A DNA stretch of 58,326 nucleotides, the filler included, from Catajapyx aquilonaris (Eukaryota), in NCBI GenBank assembly GCA_000934665.2. It is 3 parts of 3 records of this genome, joined end to end, with 100 filler letters (N's around TTAATTAATTAA, not from the genome) between each part and the next. Parts side by side here need not be neighbours in the genome. Positions count along the whole stretch, not along the records: positions 1 to 19,352 come from JYFJ02006475.1; 2 more parts are not named here. One strand, 5' to 3'. A program made the translations under genes and the position numbers. Positions 1 to 12,748 of this stretch are shown one piece after another; position 1 is the first letter of the stretch, and the number at the start of each line of letters is the position of its first letter. The notes beneath the pieces are model-generated. The model had not been told where the DNA came from and did no database searches. It worked only from the letters and a program-made list of their open reading frames with translations.

Positions 1-277
1 ACACTACTTTGTACAGTACCCTACCTGTGTAGCATGAGAGCGCCTTTTTCAGTGCAACCCGCAAGGCTAAAAAGCCGTTCAACCAGGTTCAACCCACGGC
101 ACTTGCCAGTCCGCGCAAGTCAATTCGGACAGAAAGGATGTGACGTCACAGAGTAATAAAATAATTGATTGCTGCCGTATTTCTAATTGTTTTATAAACC
201 CGACCAGGGGTTGTCGCCACCTACGATTTTTCCCCACCCCCTCGCACGCACTTGACCCGTGACTCTGAAACACCCTG
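1..277. mobile_element. Right end of a Tc1/mariner-type non-autonomous element (left end not identified)
   Basis: Ends in GAAACACCCTG|TA, the reverse complement of a TA|CAGGGTG terminus like those at 17151 and 28585. Confidence 0.5.
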
Positions 278-360
278 TATTGTTAGCAACAAGAGTATGT
301 TATTAAGTGTAGTAGACTATTCCAGAGCAGAAAGTGTCACAAGCACATGTGACTTTGCAG

Positions 361-463
361 GAGGAGAGTGAGGGTAATGACTATGAGGGCGATGAGGCTG
401 CAGGTGACGACGACGACGATGATGTACTAGAAGAGGATGGAGAGGATGAGGATGGAGAGGAAG
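361..463 (+). CDS. ANP32: ANP32/mapmodulin-family gene, penultimate exon (acidic tail EESEGNDYEGDEAAGDDDDDDVLEEDGEDEDGEE)
   Basis: ttgcAG acceptor at 359-360, GTaggc donor at 464; open acidic frame; phase-1 end joins in frame to the exon at 3080. Confidence 0.8.
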
Positions 464-682
464 GTAGGCTGCATCAATTAGCACTCTATTAGGAATAGCT
501 GATAACTGTCCCAACTTGATTAATATAAAGTCATATTGTGCCAGTTATAAAAGATGTAGGATGCTTGATAAGGGTTAACTATAAAGAACCCAGGAAAGGT
601 ATGCAATAGTGGATGTGTCTTTAAGTCGTCAATCATATTTTAATCCATTGTGCCTTGGGTGCTTTTACATTGCACATAGAAA

Positions 683-1540
683 GGAAGTGTATTAACTACA
701 TGATCCTGGCAAAATGCAATACCCATGCTTACATTACATGAAGTGGACATCATAGAAATAATGCTCACAAGTCAGTCTTGATAGGATTGAAACAGAAGTA
801 AGAAACTGGATCGTTACATAAGCATCTGGTATGGGTCAACTCCTTATCTCCTGAATATCACTTTTCACTGTAAACTGAACCTGCAGCTGGCATGAAATAG
901 GTCACAGTACCTGGGGACAGGGCAGTGGCGACACAGCCGTTGGCTTGAAAATGGCAGCGTATAAATGATCAAACTATGCATTAGAGATGTGCACCAGCAG
1001 TGTCAGTCAACCCTCTTGGTCCATGCACCTAGTTTCTTTCGGGCTGGGTAAGGAAACAAAATATACCTGGGGTAAATATTTCCTAATAGACTGATGATTT
1101 ATTGCAGGTATAGTTTTGTTTCTTCACCAAATTCAAATGAAATTATGTGCATGGCATGAGAGGGTTGACTGACGTTGCCAATGTACATTTCTATTGTATA
1201 GGTTTGAACATTTATACACTGCCATTTTCAGGCCAAAAGTTGCGTTTTGACTCCCCTGTCCCCAGATATTTTGCTGGATCCTCTGCTAGTACTGGATGGG
1301 CCTGTGACTTATTTCTCGTCAGCTGCAGGTTCAGTTTACAATGGTAAGTGATATGCAGAAGGAGATCAAGAGTAGACCCATAATGGATGCTTGTGTAGCT
1401 ATACCGGTTCTTACTACTCTATCAATCCTATTGTAGACTATGAGCAGGATTTCTGTGACGTCGTCATCACGTGATGTAAATAGGGTGGATTGCATCTTGC
1501 CAGGGTATTGCCAGAATAGCATGGTTTAGTGCCTCTTTAA
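683..1540. mobile_element. Old fold-back non-autonomous DNA transposon (Kolobok-like terminus) in the ANP32 intron
   Basis: Degenerate inverted arms ~700-910 and ~1300-1510 (TGTAAACTGAACCTGCAGCTG at 869 / CAGCTGCAGGTTCAGTTTACA ending 1340); right end GTGCCTCTTTAA. Confidence 0.7.
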
Positions 1541-1873
1541 CTTTTCACCCTCAAGTATTGATCACAAAATTTCATTAATTAGAAATAAATTTTCAAATAA
1601 TTTTCTTCACATTCTTCCTTGTGTAGAATTTCATACGTAATCCATTTTGTTGCATGAAGAAGTCATTTGAAATTTGAAATTGATTTTCTTTTTGCTTCCT
1701 CACTGACATCAGGATTTATTGATACCCTATTCGAGAGCTTGAATCTGGCTTCCTTATGATTCCGTATGGTATGGCATTTAAAAATACAACCACAATCGTG
1801 TAATTTTGGTGCCAATTAGGGGATTTTTGAAATGGACAGTAAGCATGCAACATCACCCATGTGACCCTTAGTA

Positions 1874-2885
1874 CAGTGAAACCTGCCCATTACGGACCCT
1901 GAGTATAGCAAAAACCTATTCATTGCGGAACGTTTTCTGGGAATGGGCGTATGCATAGTACATGCAATGTACTTTTTACGGATATTACGGAACCTGCCCA
2001 ACACGGAAACGGAAGGGATTTTTGTCTCACTTCAGAACAAATCTCTGTTCGTAACGGAAATCAAAAGGTTCACATTATCCCCTACGAGTCACAAAAATAG
2101 AAACTACATCGGCCCTCCCAGGAGACCTCTGAGTAACCCTTATTGGACTGTCCGACATCATGCTGTGTCTCCTAATTGCTGGAATTGCTATCGGCCCGTA
2201 GCCGTGAAGAAATTGGTGAGGAAAGGGGCCCATTTTTAGTTGGAAAACGGGGAGACGGTTACAGGGGGCCAAGAACTCAGAATGTGATTCATAGGTGTCC
2301 TACCTTCAAGTTCAGTTCACCATTCAGTCCAGTTTTAAAATGTCCGAGAAGAGGAAGGGGTTGACAGTTGACACAGGCTGAACGTATTGCCTGTGTCCGG
2401 GCTGATGCAATGGTCCAAAAGAGCAGGCAAAATTCATAGCCCAAAAACTTGGTGCTCAAAATTATTTAATGTTTCAAATGGGTGGCTGGAAAGATTTAGC
2501 AACTGGCACATAATTTCATGGGAAATTGTGCATGGTGATGCAAGTGTTGAAGTAGAAAATTGGAAGGAGAACCGTGGGAAGCGTTTGTTCGGGGTATTCC
2601 AAAGAAGACATTTTCAACTGCAACAAAACTGCCCCCTTTCTTCGATGTACTCTATGCCAGGCAAAACTGACTATTCCACAAAAATGGGTCTAGAATAGGT
2701 CTCCTGTGTGGACTGATTTTGCACCATATTGAGGTAATGTGCTTATTTTTGCTCTTCATATTATCCTCTCTTTCTAACCAGCAAAAAAATTTCAGTCGTG
2801 TCCTTGATCTGAATATAGCGGAAACCTATCCATTACAGAAAAATTGTAGGGTCCCGTGTGATTACGCAATACACAGGTTTCACTG
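1874..2885 (+). mobile_element. Internally deleted pogo/Tigger transposon
   Basis: TIRs CAGTGAAACCTG / CAGGTTTCACTG with TA TSD; CENP-B-type HTH remnant FNVSNGWLERFSNWHIISWEIVHGDASV at ~2465-2550. Confidence 0.9.
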
Positions 2886-3079
2886 TATGGGTTCTTGTTT
2901 GATCGTGATACAAATGTTCTCCATAGTTGCCTCTGGTTTTCCAATCAGCAGTCCATCCACTGCCATTCAAAGGAGGTTGCTCTTCATAATAGCACTTGTT
3001 CCTTATTTGTCATATGAATGTTATGTAGTTTGTCAGATGGTTAATGGTGTATCCTAAACACAAATTTTAAAAATTTCAG

Positions 3080-3123
3080 GCCTGCCCCGAGGTACGAAGA
3101 GGAAGCATGAAGGGGATGATTAA
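3080..3123 (+). CDS. ANP32: ANP32-family gene, last coding exon (G)LPRGTKRKHEGDD*
   Basis: tttcAG acceptor at 3078-3079; basic KRK(H/R) NLS followed by an acidic end, as in the ANP32 C-terminus (RGxKRKR); TAA at 3121-3123. Confidence 0.8.
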
Positions 3124-3684
3124 CTCCATGCTGGAAGAGTTTGCCAAGAGTGTACATACGTTGAGCATGCCCCATAAAGACTGAGCAGGGAACAAAAGCA
3201 AAGTTAAGGCCTTTTGCATCTGCGTCAGATATACAGAGTGCACTTGTGAGTCAGATTAGCCTGTGTAATTTGGCCCAATTTGGAATGGAAGGAAAGAACA
3301 TAATCCTGTGGCATGTGAGAAACTCTGGAGTGTGAGTGCGTGGCAGTGTTTACTGCAAGTGTGAGTATGTGTGAGAAAGGTGGTATGCTTGAAGAGAATC
3401 CACATGTTTACTTCCCTGTGTAAAAAAAACGCAGCTATTGGCAGGATCCAATGTAGGTCTGCCAGAAAGGACCGCTTCCCTTTCATCTCTCGCACCCCCG
3501 TTCTGTACAGAAAGCATTCTGCGGTTTTATTGTCAGATAATAGGCGTAGTCCTATGCCTTATGCTAGTATTAGGTATCAATTTATACATCTACCACCACA
3601 GTTTTTAAAATTAACTGAAAAGGAAATTTTTAATACATTACATGTGTAGCCTTGTGTTAGGTGTTCAACCATTTTTCTTTAGAA

Positions 3685-5281
3685 CAGGGGTGTAGGAAAA
3701 GAGAACTAGGGGGACTGGCAGTGTTCATATTATTTTAACCCAAAAAATTTTGCCCTAGGGATCTAGGCTGGGGTGAGGAAAAGGAGTTGTTCATAGTCAG
3801 TGACATTTGAGCAAGGGAAGAAATTAGTTGTGCATATCTTATCCATGTGTATGAGCATCTTATGAGATGTGCAGTGTGTTCCAACTCAAATGTCAGGAGT
3901 AAAATGCAGTCAATCCAAATTGAAAGGCAAAGAAATTGAAGTGCAATATGAATTTAGACAGCTGTTAGCAAAATCATTCAGCAAAATTTATTTTTCTTTC
4001 AATTTTCGAATACTAGTTACAGCATTAACAGTGTCCTGTACCCTTGCATAAGGGCACAATGATTGGCTAAATTGGAATGTAGTGGCAACATAAGAGAGAA
4101 AAATGTCAGCTGTTGCATTTTAGCTTGTGGGTCATGTCTTAGGCTCAAAATCTTGCATCCCAATATACATATGTATATAAAAATCTATGTGGCACTATTT
4201 TAGGTTCAAATATTTTATACATAATGCATTGTACTGAAAGCATAATTTTAGGTAGTTCATTGCATGGTCAAATGTGAGTGAAATTTCAAAGGGCTGTTAT
4301 ACCATGATGGCATATTATAAGAGAAGAAAGTTGCAGATGACCTTGTAATATAGTTTGGTGCCTCATGAGTGCAGTGTTAATCATGTCAGAACCACCACCT
4401 GCATAATAATGTGTTAATGTATCACATACGTAGGGCTGTCTGTATATCACATCATGAGCTGTTCCCTCTTCCCTCCATCATGTACACTTACCGTTAGTGA
4501 TCTGTGAACTATTTTAGCCGTTTTACCTAATTTACCTGATTTTTTGTGGAATGACTTCACTGTGGGCCCAAACGTATACAGAATGTTGCAATTCAAGTAT
4601 CTGTGGTGGCTTACGATCTTTTGGAATTAAGCATGCCCAAACTCTTTCAGTGGCTATCAAAATTATTAGTACTAATATTCGATCCAGCAATTCCATCCTT
4701 TCAGGCCCTGAATTGCAAATAATATCTGGGTTGAAGACATTGGGAATTACTCATTTAAACACATTTGTTTCTGATGTAAATGATTAAATGCCTGCAATAG
4801 TTAGGAGTGATGCAGCTGATGTGATCTAACTGTAGCACTTCCACAGGAGCTGTTTAAAAATGGCCTCATGCAAAATTAACTAACCACTACAGACACTTCC
4901 ATTGGAACATGCTGTATAAAGAGAAACAAGAAGAGTTACGCAATATGTAAGCTTTAAGCATGATACACCCTTTTCCTCCCCAATGATCATGATGTGTATA
5001 ACATGGGGTTAACCCCCCATGCCTTCCTAAAAGAATCGCTTAGGTTAAGTTTAACTCTGTCATAGTATTTATAGGGAGCTTATTTGTTTGTGAACTTATT
5101 CTCCCTCAGTGGTTTTGGGCTGCAAGATTTTGGCAAATGTAATCTGCCTCAAGCAGTGATGGAGACGGAAAAGTTAATGGCTTAGGTCGCATGTGAAATT
5201 GTTGACATCTGTTACTAGATAAGGATGTGTGGAGAGACGCTTACCCCAGCCTTCCCTTGCAAAATCTTTTCTACACCCCTG
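3685..5281 (-). mobile_element. Decayed hAT transposon
   Basis: TIRs CAGGGGTGTAGGAAAAGA / TCTTTTCTACACCCCTG; 8-bp TSD CTTTAGAA / CTTTAGAC; minus-strand remnant PERMELLDRILVLIILIATERVW at ~4560-4730 resembles the hAT C-terminal dimerisation motif. Confidence 0.8.
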
Positions 5282-5307
5282 CTTTAGACTTGGTTTTTGT
5301 GATTGTT

Positions 5308-5414
5308 GGGGAGCCTGACATGACCCAAATCTCATCAATCCACCACCATTGACAATAAGAGTACAAAACTTTGAGCATTATTTTGTTACATCACAGTGTT
5401 ATGTCAGGCTCCCC
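5308..5414. mobile_element. Small MITE
   Basis: TIRs GGGGAGCCTGACAT / ATGTCAGGCTCCCC. Confidence 0.55.
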
Positions 5415-6199
5415 TGTCTCCCTTGGACTGCTGTCCAGTCACAAGACTCGGGATGCGCAAGTCAACATTGTTATCATTCCATGTAATTGACTCCAGTCTA
5501 AATGATTGATACTGTTAATTACGAAATGGCACATGTTGGCCAATCATTGTCGCTCTCGAATCAAAACCCTGAAAGGCATTGAGCCTTTGACCTCTATGGA
5601 TGATTCTCACTTCTGGGCCCTAAATGTTCTGGTAATTTTGTAACATTCTCCTGCAATAAGAAGCACTGCTGTGCACTGTCAGCAAAACCAGTGGAGTCAC
5701 TTATGATTATAATGAAAGGTGTCCTTGAATAATGTAATATAATTTGAATTGACAAGTTGTGAAAAGAGCTGGTTACTCAGGTCCATGATATAAAAATCCT
5801 TTCTGTTACTACCTTCCATTCAATTGTGCAGATTTGGCTGCGGAAGGTTATAGGAAATGTGATCCTTATTCACTAGTCACGAGTAAACCGCCAGAGATGC
5901 CAACCAGAAAATTCCAATCATTTTGCATTCTTTTTGGGCATCCTATGCAATAATTGCTCTTCACATGTCAAATGGGAACGTCATGTGATAGGACTGAATG
6001 AACACATGGGATGGAAGGGAGTTGATGAAAGAGAGGGATGGCAGCAATCACAGAAAATTCTTGTCATTGATATATGGTGGTTCTACCTTTGGAAATCATA
6101 ACTTGTAAGATGCTATTGATATTGTAGCAGTGACTTAACTTTTTATGGACTTGTGATCACTAAAGGATCCCTTCCAGGATAGTTTTTTGGTGCTGCACT

Positions 6200-6745
6200 G
6201 CTAGTGGCAGTTGTTCATAATAACGTAAGATGAAAAAGTTCAACTCAGTTTTGCCCTATCTGTTTTGGGTCTTGCAAACATCCAAATTTGTAATTCCCAA
6301 TTTTGCAATTTTAAAGTCACCACTGGAAGCACTAGAAGCATTAGATTATTTTTATTTTTATTTTTCAAGCAATGGTAGACAACACTTGATTTTTCGAGTT
6401 GCATATTGTTCATAAAACAAATACTTAATGGAATTATTCTTTTACAACATTGAGTACTGAGGATCAATTATGGTAATAAAATGGGAGTCTTCAATTTTGA
6501 ACTCATTAATATCATATCTCAGTTTTAATGAACAATTGGCATCTCGAAAAATCAGTCTCAATCAATCATTGCTTGACAAATTAAAATAAAACTGATTTGG
6601 CAATTTCCATTTCTTCCTGTTGTGATTGGTAAGTGGGAAAATTAGCAAAATTGAGACATATGCAGAGTTTTGCAATACCCAAAAAGATGGGACATACCTG
6701 AGTTACACTTTTGCATTGCACATTATTAAGAATAATATCCACTGG
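6200..6745. repeat. Ancient degenerate inverted repeat (fold-back relic)
   Basis: ~6200-6420 aligns in reverse complement to ~6520-6745 (TGATTTTTCGAG / CTCGAAAAATCA, CAAGCAATG / CATTGCTTG). Confidence 0.7.
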
Positions 6746-7123
6746 AAATTGTCGTGTTCAGAGGGAAAAAAGTTATCCTGGTGGAAATACCTTTTAATTG
6801 CTTAATGAAACGACTTGCAAGAGTTTTTCTGGTTGACGCGTTTATGGAAAGTAATGTATTGTCTGCGAGTAATTGATTGCTCACCTTGACTCTGTGATGG
6901 GTTTTACTTCTTTATGACCATAAGCATGCACAAATGCGGAATTCATATGTGGGAGAATTACTACTACTTGTAGGAAAATAAGTACAAAGTGGCATATTGA
7001 TAACATTCTCAAGTTAAAAAATAAAAAAAATAAAAAAATAATGTTACAAGGAGTCAGGAAAATATTACAGTGCCCAGTTCATGAGAATCAGTCCCATTCA
7101 TCTGGTCTTTGGTGGTGTGAGAC

Positions 7124-7293
7124 GGTCAACTCTGGCCCTGCCTGTTTGGCTACCCAGGCTTAGTAGTTAGTTTAGGACTAGTGTGTCAGACTCATTGGCC
7201 CTGTGCTGTGGGCATTGCCAATGACAGGTTGAGAGACTAGTCTTGAACTAGTTTAGAGCAGCCAAATGGACAGGACCTAAATGTAGGTGACCA
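7124..7293. repeat. Degenerate palindromic MITE relic
   Basis: GTTTGGCT...TAGTTTAGGACTAGT versus ACTAGTCTTGAACTAG...AGCCAAAT. Confidence 0.5.
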
Positions 7294-7762
7294 TATTTTT
7301 GCCAATCATGATTGACACCTAGGTATACATTATAGTTTGTGTGCTAAGAAGCACTTGATGTTAGGTTTTCATCTGTGTACTTGATTCATGTCTTGGTAAA
7401 GTGTATGATGATGTTTTTGTTCATTTTGTTCATTCTCTTTATTTGGTACAGTTTTCCATTCTGTAAGGCAATATAGAATGTCTTATTCTTTGTATTCATT
7501 TTTTTCCCAAGGACATACAACCTTTGCCTGTACAGGTGTCTCATACCCAAACAGGGAGTGCTCTGGAATTGGCCTAGTGCGCCAATAAAGGTGGTTAGTC
7601 CAAAGTTGACATGACTTTATTATGTGTGTATATTTTACAATACATATCCTTCAGTACATATCCTTTTGCAGCATGTCGGCAATTTTGATCTTGGCAACAA
7701 CTGCTTGACTTTTCAGCATAAGGATTGAAGGTCTTGTGTACAGTACTGGTTTAATGGGGCCA

Positions 7763-7911
7763 TGTATCAACAGTGCAAAAAGAACTGTCCCAGTCATCCT
7801 GACGTGTGGGCTGGCCGCTCGACACACACCATGTAAGTTACATGGTGTGTGTCGAGCGGGCAGCACACACATCAGGATGACTGGGACAATTCTTTTTGAA
7901 CTGATGATACA
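7763..7911. repeat. Near-perfect ~150-bp palindrome (hairpin MITE)
   Basis: Arms centred on CATGTAAGTTACATG; TGTCCCAGTCATCCTGA / TCAGGATGACTGGGACA. Confidence 0.9.
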
Positions 7912-7949
7912 GAGTGATTCATATAAAGCTTGATATTTGGGAAGGAGTA

Positions 7950-8412
7950 GGGCTTGTAGACATGCGAAAGGCGGGAGGGTGAGTGGTGGCTGGGGGAAAT
8001 GGCTGTGTCGCAAACGCAAGGATGCAAGTATTTATTATTTGGATTTTGAAATGACAGACCGAATGTGGCAGGGGAAGGGGTATGCTGTACAGTGTTGGAC
8101 ATTAATTGAGGCATGCTGCTAGCGACATTTTCCGAAGCAGCAGAAGAAGGAATTGAAGAATTGGGCGAGCAAGATTCCTTCTTCTGCCGCTTTGGAAAAT
8201 GTCGCTAGCAGCATGCCTCGATTAATGTCCAACACTACCATCCCAAACCCAACCCAACGTCCCAACCCAACCCAACCCAACCTTCCTTCGTTGCGGATAC
8301 AGACCTATCTTCAGTGGATACATGCCTATCCTTCAGCCTGCCTGCTCCGTGTTTGAGACACAGCCATTGCCGCCACCACTCACCCTCCTACCTTCCATGT
8401 GTCTAAGAAGCC
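7950..8412. mobile_element. Fold-back element with inner and outer inverted repeats
   Basis: Inner IR ~8091-8153 / ~8173-8237 almost perfect; outer IR GAGGGTGAGTGGTGGC / GCCACCACTCACCCTC; internal (CCCAA)n. Confidence 0.8.
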
Positions 8413-8777
8413 AACTCGAACCGAAATTTTATGTATCCTAAAAGAGGGAGTTGAAAGTTTCAGTGGCTGTGGGAGAAACAGTGTAGGTGGTGCTGGATGT
8501 CCATGAAATTGCTGTAGGGAACATTAGTGCCATTTCTTTCAACATGATGGTGAGTGCTGAGGTTTACAATATTGCATCTTCATGGAATTTGTGGAACAGC
8601 TCGATGATAACGAATTTGTGAAAGGATTGTGTCCAGCAGCATGGTGCTGCTACCACACATCCAATATGTTTGTGTCTGGGGGTTCTGAATTTTGTTGGGG
8701 TTTTTTCTGGTCTTAACAGTAGCTAATAGGTCTTGGTCGAGTGACCCTTGAAACGCTAAAATTACTGCAGGCGCCAG

Positions 8778-8971
8778 CAGTGCTGGATTTGCCAATAGGC
8801 AGGAAAGGCAATTGCCTAGAGGTGGCCGTAAGCTGGAATATAAATTTTTAAAAATAAAATAAAATAAAGGAGAGAACACGAGGATAATGGAATTTTTAAG
8901 TGGCATGCAGGGGGAAGGGGGTGGCCGAATCGAAATTGCCTAAGGGCGGCCAATGGGTAAATCCGATGCTG
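8778..8971. mobile_element. hAT-like MITE
   Basis: TIRs CAGTGCTGGATTT / AAATCCGATGCTG, subterminal AATTGCCTA repeats, imperfect TSD GGCGCCAG / GGGCCAG. Confidence 0.6.
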
Positions 8972-9419
8972 GGGCCAGTACTGTACCCAACATTATAAAC
9001 ACTGTTGGCCAAGGCTTGTCTGAATACTGCCAATTCCCATATTTCTACACTTCTTTTCTCGTCATTAGTACTAGTCGTCATCTATGCAGCTGCAAAATGT
9101 CTTGGTGATCATTGTGCCACTTTGAAGCTCTCGTACCTGACCAATCAGTTGCCTTCAGAGTAACAATTTCAGTGTTCGATTTGCCTTGGATTGGTCCACT
9201 TGGGTGACAGCCACTACTGTATTGCTTCTCAATGATTTTCACCTGTATGATATAATTGACTTTATCTGTTTAGCTATCCTTGATTTGCCAACTTGATGGC
9301 TTTGGCCAATGTGTCGTGATTTTGATATGACAGCAGCATGTAATACTGTACAGAAACAGGAAGCTCACAGCAGTCACAGGACTCCTTTCACTTATATTAA
9401 AGTCGGGTACATGTAAGTA

Positions 9420-9560
9420 CAGGAAGACCCTGGGTTACGAATGACCCGACTTACGGCGATCCGTACTTACGAATGGGCTGCCAAGGCTCTCGAGAAGGAT
9501 CATTTATAATATTATCCCTCCACTTTCAATAACCTCTGCGTACGTTGACCGACTTCAACA
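9420..9560. mobile_element. Left end of a Tigger-like MITE truncated by a Helitron
   Basis: TA|CAGGAAGACCCTGGGTTACGA with repeated TTACG subterminal motifs. Confidence 0.6.
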
Positions 9561-9564
9561 TAAA

Positions 9565-10305
9565 CTAGCAGGTGACCCGGCGTTGCCCGGGTGTGTTTTG
9601 GTTGTAAAGGTAGGGGTATCTATATCCATATTAGGAAGTTTGTTCGTAAAATTTGCGTAAAATTTGCAAAATAGGGTTGTCAGCATGTTCTTAAGGGTCT
9701 TGGAAAGACCAGGAACATAAAACCAAAATTAGATAGAAAAGTAGAAAAAATAGGGCGAAGAATAACAATTTTGGGGGAATAATCAACTCAAATCTACATA
9801 AGCTGTGTAGGCTATGTGGTGGAATGTTTTGGTAATAAATTTTTGTGAAAAAACCGGGGAAGCAGAGTTCATACTGGTCGTCATGTCGAGGAAAGGTCTA
9901 AGGTGGCCAGTCATGCCTTGATTAGGGGAGTCAACCAATGTAATAATTCCGGTAAGATGTGTAAAAAATGAATGTGGATAGATTTTGCAGAGGAAAAGTC
10001 TGAATGGCCAGTTTTAGACTTTTTCGAAGAAAAAAGTCTTATAGCACGGCCTGTCCGTCTGTGGACAGATCAGACAGACAGCCAGAGCCGTTCTATAATA
10101 CTTTTTTCTACGAAAAAGTCTAAAACTGGCCATTCAGACTTTTCCTCTGCAAAATCTATCCACATTCATTTTTTACACATCTTACTGGAATTATTACATT
10201 TGTCGACTCCCCTAACCGAGGCATGACTGGCCATCTTAGACCTTTCCTCGACATGACGACCAGTATGAGTGTATGACCCCCACTATCCTGGTTTTTTCAC
10301 AAAAG
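9565..10305 (-). mobile_element. Non-autonomous Helitron-like element containing a long inverted repeat
   Basis: Minus-strand 3' end CTAG at 9565-9568 next to hairpin CCCGGCGTTGCCCGGG (same hairpin as ~29080); (CAGA)n at ~10065-10080; IR 9841-10050 / 10086-10304. Confidence 0.7.
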
Positions 10306-10815
10306 GCCCTCTCCCCCTGACCAAAAAGGCCACACCATCATGAGCATATTGCACCAGTATAATGATGGATTGTAAAGGTAGCAGGAGTTAAGACCAAATT
10401 TAAGTAGGCCTAACGAACTGTCAACAGGATGATGTGGTGCCCAAGGGAGAGAAGTCAGAAATTTAACCATATGCAACCTGAGTGTTTAAAAAAGTCAATC
10501 ACATGTGAATGTAACCCTGCTTATTGTTGTAAGAGCAGAAGACGTGGAAAAAATAGACGAGGAACTATCAAACTGTATCAGGCAAGTCCCTCACATTCTC
10601 AACATTCACAAAGTTGTTTGCAGCAGCAGAGTACATGCCGAGTTGCTTATGCAGGTGGCCAGAATTCTGCCACTGTTTTTTTCTGACAAGTTTGAGATTT
10701 TGAAATATTTTAAATTGTTTTCACTAATTTGCTAGACCAGAAACCTCTGCTAACCCAACTACCCAAGACTTACTGCTTCTCCAAAACAGAAACCAAAACA
10801 AGTAATCCTTTCTGG

Positions 10816-10942
10816 GGGCCGGTTTCACCAAGCCCGGTTTTCATAAAAATCTCTGTTCTTTCGGAAAATCCCTATTCTATTTGCAGGGATTTTCCGAAAG
10901 AACCGCGGTTTTTATGAAAACCGGGCTTGGTGAAACCGGCCC
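10816..10942. mobile_element. PIF/Harbinger-type palindromic MITE
   Basis: TIR GGGCCGGTTTCACC, 3-bp TSD TGG; related copy at 13638-13762. Confidence 0.9.
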
Positions 10943-11143
10943 TGGGTGGGATATATCTTCATACCAGTCATACCCTGGCGCCCGTCAGTTAGGAACGCAG
11001 TCAGGGAATCAGATGAAACACGATCGAATCAAATGCATTTTATCTTAAACAAATATAATGGTTCGTGCACATTAGTACGGTATAAAATTACATATTGGCT
11101 TCATAATGTAATTTGTTTAATTTGTATCGCAACATGCTATCAT

Positions 11144-11472
11144 GCGCCATCTAGCGGCTCTTAACCAAACTAGATGGACACACGTCCTTGGAATTATTGG
11201 CAGACACCTTTCACTCTTAACACTACGGGAGGTTTCCATGAATAAATAAGCGATTGACTAGAGTGAGCCAGAAAATTTTCCGCCAAATTTATAGGGTCAA
11301 TATTAAATTGAGGTCATGAAATATTAGCTAGGAGAGGAGATATATTTCCAAGCCCAAACACGCCATGTGGCGTTAGCGTCGTGGTTTGTCTCAGCCAGCG
11401 CCATCTTTAATCTTCCTGGATTCTTGCTGCTACCGCCCGCGCTTTCATAGCTGGAGACAATAGGCTCGAAAA
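11144..11472 (+). promoter_or_regulatory. PA2G4 promoter / 5' UTR region
   Basis: CpG-rich patch before the ATG; CTCF-like GCGCCATCTAGCGG (~11144); YY1-like CGCCATCTT (~11399) and CGCCATGT. Confidence 0.55.
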
Positions 11473-11563
11473 ATGGCAGAAAAAGAGGAGCGTGCGGCGG
11501 AGAAAACTATTGCAGATGACCATGTTGTATTGAAGTACAAGATGACCGGGGACATTGTCAACC
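11473..11563 (+). CDS. PA2G4: Proliferation-associated 2G4 / EBP1, exon 1 (MAEKEERAAEKTIADDHVVLKYKMTGDIVN)
   Basis: Matches the conserved TIAED.VV.KYKM.GDI.NR N-terminus; AAAATGG start context; GTATGT donor at 11564, phase 1. Confidence 0.95.
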
Positions 11564-12453
11564 GTATGTGAATATAATGCATGAGTTTTTGAGCATGCTG
11601 TTTGTTAATTCTTCCCCCCATTTTTGCAACGTGATTGCACCATATGGTTTCTTTGGGGTGTGCTGCTGTTGCCTGGTGGTCTGAAAATTAGTGTGCCATA
11701 GTTGTTTCACATGGGGGTGTTTGGAGAAGTCACCATGTCCTTAGTATTTGGGCAGAGTGCAATCACTTGATTTCACTGAGTGACAGTGCGCAATGTGGGT
11801 TTCTGGATGAACTGTTTTGGAGTGTTTGTGGGTATTTGTGAACTGCCATTGACCAATGAATACCGGAAATGGACATGTTTTACTAGGAAAACCAATAGTA
11901 CCACTCCAGACTATTAGGAGTAAACCATGACCGACTTTCAGGGTGAGAAAGCAACCCGAAGTGCAATACTAGGTGGTTTGATAAACTTTCAGATTCATGT
12001 GGCATAGCCGTTTTCAAAAATGAATGTGTGCTATGACCCTATGAGCAAGAACTTTTGCGTAATATGCTTACCCCTAATTGTAATGACGAAAACAGCCATT
12101 TACAGTGAAGAACATTGGAAATGGTATTTAAAGCAGGCTTTTATCACATGGGACAAATGAGCAATTTGCACTGGCTGATAAGAATAATAGTGGATCAGTA
12201 GTATCATTCAAACCTAGGATGGGGATAAGTTAGGGTGTCTTATCAGTGCGAAAATCGCTCCAAACCCTGACTTCACCTCGGCTCATCTACCCGATCCTCC
12301 TGAGACAAAAGAAGCCATTTGTGCAATTATTTAGTAATACTTGGAAAGAACACTGTATGGGAGGTGTAGAAGCCATTTTAAATAATTATATATATGTTTT
12401 TGTAATCACTTCTTGCAAAATTAGATGTCCAATATATTGGACATCAGGCCTCA

Positions 12454-12748
12454 GGCTATTTTCACACGGGGCCACCATGGCAGCGCTGCCAATGCAGCGT
12501 GGCCAGGTCTTTGCATTGCTGCAATTGGAGCCTTTCACACATGGTGGTTGGCAGCGTTGCCCACGTCCTGCCAGACATGCTGGTGGCAGGCAGGGCGAAT
12601 TTTGACGCTGCCTGCTGGCCGCGCAGCCACGTGTTTGCATTGAATAATAATTTTTGAAGCCTTTCACACGAGACACGACTTTTCTTGCTGCCACCATGGC
12701 GGCCTAATTTATGCGGTGGCACTGTGGCGGCCTCGTGTGAAAATAGCC
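12454..12748. mobile_element. PIF/Harbinger-type MITE
   Basis: TIRs GGCTATTTTCACACG / CGTGTGAAAATAGCC, flanks TCA/TTA. Confidence 0.85.

Noticed and set aside
1090..1175. Box C/D snoRNA candidate in the ANP32 intron (TGATGA...CTGA)
   Set aside because: No terminal stem or recognisable guide; lies inside a fold-back TE
11995..12100. H/ACA snoRNA candidate in PA2G4 intron 1 (two weak hairpins ending ACA)
   Set aside because: No ANANNA H box in the hinge and weak pairing; an Infernal/Rfam search would be needed
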